From NCBI GenBank assembly GCA_035293545.1, contig DATGMQ010000048.1:10831-74830 (forward strand): DNA of 64,000 nt. The letters are read 5' to 3'. This document shows, piece by piece, positions 57,133 to 64,000 of the stretch. A model generated the notes under the pieces. That model saw only the letters and a program-made list of their open reading frames with translations. It was not told the origin of the DNA and made no database searches. This DNA comes from Alloacidobacterium sp. Lineage in GTDB: Bacteria; Acidobacteriota; Terriglobia; Terriglobales; Acidobacteriaceae. Numbering within the stretch: the stretch's first letter is position 1; every line of letters starts with the position of its first letter. Both the position numbers and the translations under genes were made by a program.

Positions 57133-58518
57133 TTGAGTTCAGCAGACACCATCGAAACCACTCCGAATCCTGAAGCAGCCGCTCCTGAAGAGCACGTCCA
57201 CGCTCATGATCATGATCACGAGCATCATCAGCATGGCCCCAGTCTGAACCCTGAATGCACCCGCGAAGTCGAGGTCGAGGTCCCGGCTGACGAGGTGTCA
57301 AAGGCATTCCGCACGGTGACGAAGCGCTATCAGAAGCAAGCGCGCATTCCCGGCTTTCGCGCCGGGAAGGTACCGGAGTCGCTCATTCGCTCGCGTTTCG
57401 CTGACAGTCTTCGCCAGGATGTGGTGGAAACCGTGCTGCCCGCTCATTTCCGTGAAGCCATCGACAAGGCCGGGTTGAAGCCGATCTCACAGCCGCAGGT
57501 CACGGATCTTCATCTTGAAGACGGACAGCCGCTGAAATTCAAGGCTGTCTTTGAAATTCTGCCGGAGATTTCCGTTGCCGGCTACCAGAGCGTCCACGTA
57601 CCGAAGCCGGATACCGAACTCACCGATGCAGAATTCAACGCGGAGCTCGACCGCATCCGCGATTCCCGCTCCACCATGGAGCCGGTTACGGAAGACCGCG
57701 CTCTCGTTGATGGCGACTGGGCGCAAATCACATTCCGCGGCGAGTTCAAGAATGAAGGCGATGCCACTGAGCCGCAGCAGCCTGTCACCGGCGACGATGT
57801 GATGATCGAAGTCGGCGGCCAGAACACGCTGCCTGCTTTCAACGAAGCGCTGCGCGGATCGAAACCCGGGCAGGAGCTGAAGTTTGAAGTCAGCTATCCG
57901 GAAGATTTCGGCGAACGCCGCCTCGCCGGCAAGACTGTTTCTTACGATGTTGAAGTGAAAGCCATCAAGAAGAAGATTCAACCTGAACTTAACGATGCAT
58001 TCGCAAAGGAGCTGGGTGAATATGAAGGCATCGAAGACTTCAAGCAGAAGTTGAGAGATCATCTCGCAAATGACAAGAAGCGCAGGCTTGAGGGGGAAAC
58101 GCGCGACAAGATCGTCGAAGCGCTGATAGCGAAATATCAGTTCCCTGTTCCCGAGTCGCTGGTCCAGCAGCAGGTCGATGCCCGTCTGGATCGCGGGCTG
58201 CGCGCGCTGGCCGCGCAGGGCATGCGCACGGAAGATATGCGCAAGCTGGACTTCAATCGTTTGCGCGACGCGCAGCGCGATTCTGCCCTGAATGAAGTGA
58301 AAGGCTCGCTGCTGCTTGACCGCATCGCTGAGGAAGAAAAAATTGAAGTCTCGGATGCGGAAGTGGACCGCGAACTGGAATTGCTCTCGCTGCAGATGCG
58401 TGAGCCGCTGGATACGTTGCGCAAGCGTTTGACGGACGACGGCAGTCTCGCTAGAATCCGTGAACAAATCCGCAGAGAGAAAACAGGCAGCCTGCTTTAC
58501 GAAAAGCTCGCATCCTGA
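57133..58518 (+). CDS. tig: Trigger factor with His-rich N-terminal extension
   Basis: [10 protein letters not shown] ribosome-binding motif, FKBP domain; upstream of clpP. Confidence 0.96.
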   Translation: MSSADTIETTPNPEAAAPEEHVHAHDHDHEHHQHGPSLNPECTREVEVEVPADEVSKAFRTVTKRYQKQARIPGFRAGKVPESLIRSRFADSLRQDVVETVLPAHFREAIDKAGLKPISQPQVTDLHLEDGQPLKFKAVFEILPEISVAGYQSVHVPKPDTELTDAEFNAELDRIRDSRSTMEPVTEDRALVDGDWAQITFRGEFKNEGDATEPQQPVTGDDVMIEVGGQNTLPAFNEALRGSKPGQELKFEVSYPEDFGERRLAGKTVSYDVEVKAIKKKIQPELNDAFAKELGEYEGIEDFKQKLRDHLANDKKRRLEGETRDKIVEALIAKYQFPVPESLVQQQVDARLDRGLRALAAQGMRTEDMRKLDFNRLRDAQRDSALNEVKGSLLLDRIAEEEKIEVSDAEVDRELELLSLQMREPLDTLRKRLTDDGSLARIREQIRREKTGSLLYEKLAS

Positions 58519-58619
58519 ACTTGTATGCACTGGCCGGTGAAACAGTTAGAAACGCTCCGGCCCTGTTTCAGCACGATGTAACAACGGAGTTTGCCGCTCC
58601 GGGAACTGAGAAGCACAGC

Positions 58620-59231
58620 ATGGCACTGGTACCAATGGTCATTGAGCAGACGAATCGTGGCGAGCGCGCCTACGACATCTATTCCCGTCTGCTGCGCGAC
58701 AACATCATCTTTCTAGGAACACCGATCGACGATCAGATCGCAAACCTCGTCATTGCCCAGATGCTTTTCCTCTCCGCCGAAGACCCGGAGAAGGACATTC
58801 AGTTGTACATTAACTCCCCCGGGGGATCTATTACCGCCGGACTCGCAATTTATGACACAATGCAATATATAAAGAACGATGTAGTCACCTACTGCATCGG
58901 ACAGGCGGCGAGCATGGGAGCATTTCTCCTCATGTCGGGCACCAAAGGAAAGCGCTTTGCCCTGCCCAACTCGCGCATTCTGATTCACCAGCCTTCGATG
59001 GGCGGCCTTTCCGGACAGGCTACTGATATCGACATTCACGCGCGCGAAATTCTCCGCATCCGTGAAATCACGAACAATCTCATGTCGAAGCACACCGGAC
59101 AAACCCTGGAACGTATTGAACGCGACGTAGAACGCGACTTCATTATGAACGCCTTTCAGGCGAGAGAATACGGCATTGTTGACGAGGTTTCCGGGCAAGC
59201 GCCGGACACCAAACTCCTCGCTGCCGATTAA
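58620..59231 (+). CDS. clpP: ATP-dependent Clp protease proteolytic subunit
   Basis: [31 protein letters not shown]; in-frame TTG at 58521 is an alternative start. Confidence 0.97.
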   Translation: MALVPMVIEQTNRGERAYDIYSRLLRDNIIFLGTPIDDQIANLVIAQMLFLSAEDPEKDIQLYINSPGGSITAGLAIYDTMQYIKNDVVTYCIGQAASMGAFLLMSGTKGKRFALPNSRILIHQPSMGGLSGQATDIDIHAREILRIREITNNLMSKHTGQTLERIERDVERDFIMNAFQAREYGIVDEVSGQAPDTKLLAAD

Positions 59232-59254
59232 ATCGTTGTCTTGGAGCAGCACTG

Positions 59255-60532
59255 ATGAAAACGCGCACGGGATCTGATGACGCCCTCCGCTGCTCGTTCT
59301 GTCATAAATCGCAGGACGCCGTAGCTAAACTTATTTCTTCGCCCAGCGATTACCCGCGCGCGTACATCTGCGACGAGTGCGTCGCCGTCTGCAACTCAAT
59401 TCTTGAAGATGACCGCAGCGAAACGCAGGCAGGAGCGGCTCCGGCGCATCTGCCTAAACCGCTTGAAGTCCGGGCCTTTCTCGACGAGTACGTCATTGGA
59501 CAGGACCAGACCAAGAAGAAGCTCGCTGTTGCCGTCTATAACCACTACAAACGCATCCAGATGAACCGGACGCGCGGCAATGATGTTGAGCTGTCCAAGT
59601 CGAACATCCTGCTTGTCGGCCCTACCGGCAGCGGCAAAACCCTGCTTGCGCACACGCTGGCCAAGATGCTTGATGTGCCTTTCGCCATCGTGGACGCGAC
59701 CACGCTCACCGAAGCCGGGTACGTTGGCGAGGACGTGGAAAACATTATCCTTAAGCTGCTGCAGGCCGCTGACGGCGATGTGGCCCGCGCTCAGACCGGC
59801 ATCATCTACATTGACGAAATCGACAAGATCGGGCGCAAGGACGAGAACCCGTCCATCACCCGCGATGTCTCCGGTGAAGGCGTGCAACAGGCGCTGCTGA
59901 AAATCCTCGAAGGCACTGTCGCCAATGTCCCGCCGCAAGGTGGCCGCAAACATCCTCACCAGGAATTCACGCCGGTCGATACCACGAACATTCTCTTCAT
60001 CTGCGGCGGCGCATTTGTCGGTCTCGAGCGCGTCGTAGGACGCCGCGTCGGCAAAAAGGCCCTCGGCTTCAAGTCTCTTGCGGAAACAGAGCAGGCTGAA
60101 GGCGGCGGAATCCGTCCACAGCGCGACGCCGAGCTGCTTCGCCAGGCGGAGCCGCAGGACCTGATTAAATTCGGCCTCATCCCCGAATTCGTTGGACGCC
60201 TCCCAGTCATTGGCATCCTTGATGAGCTGGACGAAGCCGCTTTGATCGAGATTCTTACCAAGCCGCGTAATGCCATCCTCAAGCAGTATCAGAAACTGTT
60301 TGAATATGAAGGCGTCCGCCTGCGCTTCAACGACGAAGCAACGCGGGCCATCGCGCAGGAAGCTCTCCACCGCAAGGTCGGCGCGCGCGGCCTCCGCATG
60401 ATTCTGGAAGAGCTGATGCTCGACCTGATGTATCACCTGCCGAGTAACAAGAAGGTCAAAGAGCTGGAGATTACCGCCGAGATGGTCAAGAAGCGCGATC
60501 TCTCCATCACGCTGCTCGATAAAGCCGGATAA
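59255..60532 (+). CDS. clpX: Clp protease ATP-binding subunit ClpX
   Basis: CSFC..ICDEC zinc finger, [34 protein letters not shown]. Confidence 0.98.
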   Translation: MKTRTGSDDALRCSFCHKSQDAVAKLISSPSDYPRAYICDECVAVCNSILEDDRSETQAGAAPAHLPKPLEVRAFLDEYVIGQDQTKKKLAVAVYNHYKRIQMNRTRGNDVELSKSNILLVGPTGSGKTLLAHTLAKMLDVPFAIVDATTLTEAGYVGEDVENIILKLLQAADGDVARAQTGIIYIDEIDKIGRKDENPSITRDVSGEGVQQALLKILEGTVANVPPQGGRKHPHQEFTPVDTTNILFICGGAFVGLERVVGRRVGKKALGFKSLAETEQAEGGGIRPQRDAELLRQAEPQDLIKFGLIPEFVGRLPVIGILDELDEAALIEILTKPRNAILKQYQKLFEYEGVRLRFNDEATRAIAQEALHRKVGARGLRMILEELMLDLMYHLPSNKKVKELEITAEMVKKRDLSITLLDKAG

Positions 60533-60885
60533 CCGATCAGCAGTTATGGTGTGTGGACGACCAGGTTGGCCATGCGTGTCCGTGAAGAAGACGTAATGGC
60601 ACTCGCCCGTGCCAAATCCATCCAGTCCATCCGAGAAGCAAACCATGCCATCTGGAAAGAAACGGCGCGAACAGCATCGTTCAGATAGAGAATCCGGGAA
60701 TGTATCCATTTCGAATGGTTGATATACCTGCATCCAGGATTGAAGGTTCCAGAGCAATTCAAAATAGATGTCAGACTGGTTACTCTGAGGAGCAATACAA
60801 GACCTGTTCGGAACGCAGCAGAAGGAATAAGTCAAGGCGAAGTTTGGAACGAGGATCCGGCTACGATCAAAAGACGGAGCAATAG

Positions 60886-61893
60886 ATGCGAGCTATACAA
60901 CTGGAGCGGCCTGGCGCAGCGCGTCTGATCGATGTGGCCGAGCCTAAGCGCGCCGGTGGAGATGCCCTTCTGCGAGTGCGCATGGTGGGGATGTGCGGAA
61001 GCGATCTGAACACGTTTCGGGGGAAAAACCCGATGGTCAGCTATCCTCGCATACCTGGTCATGAAGTAGCAGCCACAGTTATCGATCCGGGCAACAGCGG
61101 TCTTCAGCCGGGGACCAATGTCACGCTCTCTCCTTATACAAGTTGCAATGTGTGCGCGTCGTGCAGACGTGGACGACCCAATGCGTGCAAGCACAATCAG
61201 ACGCTGGGCGTGCAGCGCGACGGAGCGATGACGGAGATGATCTGCGTTCCGGGTGAAAAGCTCTATGCTGCTCAGCTTGATCTGAAGATGCTCTGCCTCG
61301 TCGAACCACTTACGGTGGGCACTCATGCGGTTTCGCGTGGCCGGGTCACGGCGCAAGACACGGTTGCTGTCTTTGGTTGCGGCGGAGTGGGACTGGGAGC
61401 GATCACAGCGGCAGCCTTTCGCGGAGCGAAAGTGGTGGCCATCGATGTGGATGATACGAAGCTGGAAACAGCCCGCAAAGCAGGGGCTTCCCTGCTGCTG
61501 AATACCACTCGGGATGATCTGCATCTTCGGCTGCAGGAATATACAAATGGGCTGGGTCCGGATGTAGTCATAGAAGCCATTGGTTTGCCGCAGACGTTTC
61601 AGGCGGCCGTTGAAGAGGCGGCATTCACGGGCAGGGTTGTCTATATCGGGTATGCAAAGACACCCGTTTCCTATGAAACCAGCTTATTTGTGCAGAAGGA
61701 GCTCGACATACTCGGCTCGCGCAATGCTCTGCCGGAAGACTTCCGGGAGGTCATCCGGCTCCTGGAGGCGGGGAGGTTTCCAGTCGAAGATGCCATCAGC
61801 GTGATCGGCCCACTTGCTGATGCTCCGCGGCTGCTCACAGAGTGGAGCGATGCGCCGGCAAACTTTACAAAAATCATGATCAGCCTGGATTGA
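60886..61893 (+). CDS. Zinc-dependent MDR alcohol/sugar-acid dehydrogenase
   Basis: CGSD, GHE, C-x2-C-x2-C-x7-C, GCGGVG. Confidence 0.92.
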   Translation: MRAIQLERPGAARLIDVAEPKRAGGDALLRVRMVGMCGSDLNTFRGKNPMVSYPRIPGHEVAATVIDPGNSGLQPGTNVTLSPYTSCNVCASCRRGRPNACKHNQTLGVQRDGAMTEMICVPGEKLYAAQLDLKMLCLVEPLTVGTHAVSRGRVTAQDTVAVFGCGGVGLGAITAAAFRGAKVVAIDVDDTKLETARKAGASLLLNTTRDDLHLRLQEYTNGLGPDVVIEAIGLPQTFQAAVEEAAFTGRVVYIGYAKTPVSYETSLFVQKELDILGSRNALPEDFREVIRLLEAGRFPVEDAISVIGPLADAPRLLTEWSDAPANFTKIMISLD

Positions 61894-61946
61894 GGGGCTG
61901 TTCTCCATGAGGCTCGGCGAATTCACTGTAGAACAGGAGGTTTTTG

Positions 61947-62411
61947 ATGCTCAAGCTGCTGGCTGTGATACTTATTCCAGTTATGACAATGTTTGCCGAC
62001 GATCTCCCCAGCAAGAAGTACCTGGACCTGAACGCAGTCAAAATTATGGTTGCCGCTGCGGAAGCGAAAGCGAAGGAACTGAATGTTTCAGTAACCATCT
62101 GCATCGTGGACGAAAGCGGTAATCTGCTCTTTCTTGAAAGAGGCGAAACTGCTTCACTCAACACAATTCAGTTTGCCCAGAAGAAAGCGCGACACGCCGC
62201 ATTTTACGGAAGCGCTTCCAAAGATGGGGCCGATGCAGTAAAGAAAGGAAACACCGCGGCGCTGGCGTATCCGGAATTTTTCCCGGACCAGGGTGGCCTC
62301 CCGATTAAAGTAGACGGCCGGACATTAGGCGGAATTTCCGCCAGCGGTGCGAAATCTGAGATTGATGAGCAGATCGCCCAAGCCGGCATTGACGCGCTGC
62401 TGAAAAAATAG
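61947..62411 (+). CDS. GlcG/HbpS-family heme-binding protein (exported)
   Basis: Signal peptide; IVDESG, AQKKARHA, GGLPI..GGISASG..DEQIA. Confidence 0.88.
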   Translation: MLKLLAVILIPVMTMFADDLPSKKYLDLNAVKIMVAAAEAKAKELNVSVTICIVDESGNLLFLERGETASLNTIQFAQKKARHAAFYGSASKDGADAVKKGNTAALAYPEFFPDQGGLPIKVDGRTLGGISASGAKSEIDEQIAQAGIDALLKK

Positions 62412-62427
62412 CGCGAATCACACTACG

Positions 62428-64000
62428 TTAGCGCGACTTACCTCCCGGTATCATGCCGTCACCTTCGCGAATCGTGAGTATCTGATTCGTCTTTATCTTC
62501 GTGAAGCGCTCGACCTTTTGCGTGGTAGGCCATTTCACTTCGATCAGGTCGATGATTTCAGCACCTCCAAGACCGAAGTGGAGACGCAGGTCACTTTGCG
62601 ACATGACACTCGATCCGCTGTGGACTTCGTCCATTTGTGTGTGTTTACCGGTTGTCACGCGCACGCGAGCCCCAATGGCGGAGCGGTTGCATTTGGTTCC
62701 GATAAGTTTAAGTTTGATCCAGTTCTGCTTGTTGCCGCCATCGTTGCGCAGGAGCGACGGCGGGTCGTTCATGTTCAGAACGAGAACGTCGATATCGCCG
62801 TCATTGTCGTAGTCGCCAAAGGCCGCGCCGCGGCTGGAGAAGCGTTCGGTGATGCCGGGACCCATTTCTGATGAAACATCTTTGAATTTTCCGTTGCCGA
62901 GGTTCCTGTAGACGAGGCGCGGATTTTTGAAGGTCTGGCCGAAATTGTAGTTATCGATTTCCGGGTAGACGTGGCCGTTGATCTGGATGATATCGGGCCA
63001 GCCGTCGTTGTCGTAGTCGACGAAGCCGCAGCCCCAGGCGACATAGTTGGTGTTGACGCCAATGCCGGCAGAGAAGGTGAGATCGCTGAAGGTGCCGTCG
63101 CCGTTGTTGTGGTAGAGGTTGCAGGTGTCGTCGGCGAAGTTGGTTTTGAAGATGTCGAACCAGCCATCGCAGTCGTAGTCTGCGACGGCGATGCCCATTC
63201 CTGCCTGCTCGTGGCCGTTGTCGTTGTAAGCGCAGCCCGCCATCACTGCAACATCCGTGAAGGTGCCATCGTGGTTGTTCTTGAAGAGGATACTGGGCAT
63301 GGAATCGACGGCGACGTAGATGTCAGGCCAGCCATCGTTGTCAAAGTCGTAGGAAACCGCGGTGATGGAGTAGCGCGGACCAGGCTTGAGGATGCCGGAT
63401 TTTTCGGAGACATCGCTGAAGGTACCATCGCCGTTGTTGTGGTAGAGGATATTGGTGTCAGCCGGGAGGCCACGCGGGCCGCACAGTGTGGGAATACCTT
63501 TCCACTGGCAGAACTTTGTGTCATTGGGCGGAGGAATGCCTGCAGGGTCGAGTTTGATGTAATTGCAGACGAAGAGGTCAAGGTGGCCGTCACGGTCGTA
63601 ATCGAGGAAGGTGCAGCCGGCGCCCCAGCGGATTTGTTCCTGAGAAAGGCCGGCTTTGTGGGTGACATCAGTGAATGTACCGTTGCCGTTGTTGTGGAAG
63701 AGAATATTATGCCCCCAGAAGCAGCAGAAGAGGTCGTCCCAGCCATCGTTGTCATAGTCGCCGATACAGACGCCGGTCTGCCAGCCGGTGCGCGCGAGGC
63801 CTGATTGTTCGGTGACATCCGTGAAGGTCCCGTCACGGTTGTTTTTGTAGAGGTGCGAAGTTGGCGCTTTTCCGGCGGGCCAGTTGGTGTCGAGGCGGTT
63901 GCCGTTGGTGAGGTAAATATCGAGCCAGCCGTCATTGTCGTAGTCGAAGAATGCGAGGCCGCTGCCTTTGGCTTCAATAATGGATCGCTTGTGGTCGACG
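62428..64000 (-). CDS. CRTAC1/ASPIC-UnbV family FG-GAP repeat protein (5' part beyond window)
   Basis: Repeated DYDNDGWxD motifs continue upstream of 63300 in the same frame to the window edge; C-terminal NRSAIGARV..LHFGLG ASPIC domain. Confidence 0.9.
   Translation of the reverse strand, partial: VDHKRSIIEAKGSGLAFFDYDNDGWLDIYLTNGNRLDTNWPAGKAPTSHLYKNNRDGTFTDVTEQSGLARTGWQTGVCIGDYDNDGWDDLFCCFWGHNILFHNNGNGTFTDVTHKAGLSQEQIRWGAGCTFLDYDRDGHLDLFVCNYIKLDPAGIPPPNDTKFCQWKGIPTLCGPRGLPADTNILYHNNGDGTFSDVSEKSGILKPGPRYSITAVSYDFDNDGWPDIYVAVDSMPSILFKNNHDGTFTDVAVMAGCAYNDNGHEQAGMGIAVADYDCDGWFDIFKTNFADDTCNLYHNNGDGTFSDLTFSAGIGVNTNYVAWGCGFVDYDNDGWPDIIQINGHVYPEIDNYNFGQTFKNPRLVYRNLGNGKFKDVSSEMGPGITERFSSRGAAFGDYDNDGDIDVLVLNMNDPPSLLRNDGGNKQNWIKLKLIGTKCNRSAIGARVRVTTGKHTQMDEVHSGSSVMSQSDLRLHFGLGGAEIIDLIEVKWPTTQKVERFTKIKTNQILTIREGDGMIPGGKSR

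Noticed and set aside
59185-59231. Atypical ClpP C-terminus ([15 protein letters not shown]), possible frameshift
   Set aside because: All catalytic motifs precede it and ClpP tails are variable; cannot be supported without alignment.
60544-60885. Short ORFs between clpX and the dehydrogenase (possible gene remnant)
   Set aside because: No recognisable motif on either strand and an in-frame stop in the best plus-strand frame; left unannotated.
63243-63977. Apparent split of the CRTAC1 gene into two ORFs
   Set aside because: FG-GAP motifs just upstream of 63300 and at the window edge are in the same frame as 62428-63300; the 244-aa ORF is an off-frame artefact.

Overview
The window is chromosomal DNA from an Acidobacteriaceae-like bacterium. 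The assignment rests on the acidobacterial PadR plus two ADOP permeases, a CRTAC1/ASPIC-UnbV protein and the general gene style. Most of it is core genome: lysS, ymdB, smc, purC-cvpA, nadE, mobA, accA, dnaE, ino1, chdC, nth, rimP-nusA-infB and tig-clpP-clpX. I saw no rRNA, tRNA, CRISPR array, prophage or DDE/HUH transposase. The most striking non-core signal is a solo ~105-aa GIY-YIG nuclease gene bracketed by near-perfect 31-bp inverted repeats (3173-3596). These belong to a dispersed TGTC-tagged REP-like family, with gene-less copies at 3078, 22011-22146 and 38430. The intact copies fold into strand-specific ssDNA hairpins built from tandem G.A pairs and GNA loops. This is a candidate GIY-YIG-driven REP/MITE mobilisation system. 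Other points of note are a VapC toxin with an unusually large antitoxin under a 34-bp palindromic operator, an orphan antitoxin-like tail ORF, a 90-aa segment forming an insertion in the SMC head, a His-rich trigger factor, and a radical SAM-aldolase-DinB cluster. All family assignments come from motif recognition by eye; no database searches were run.
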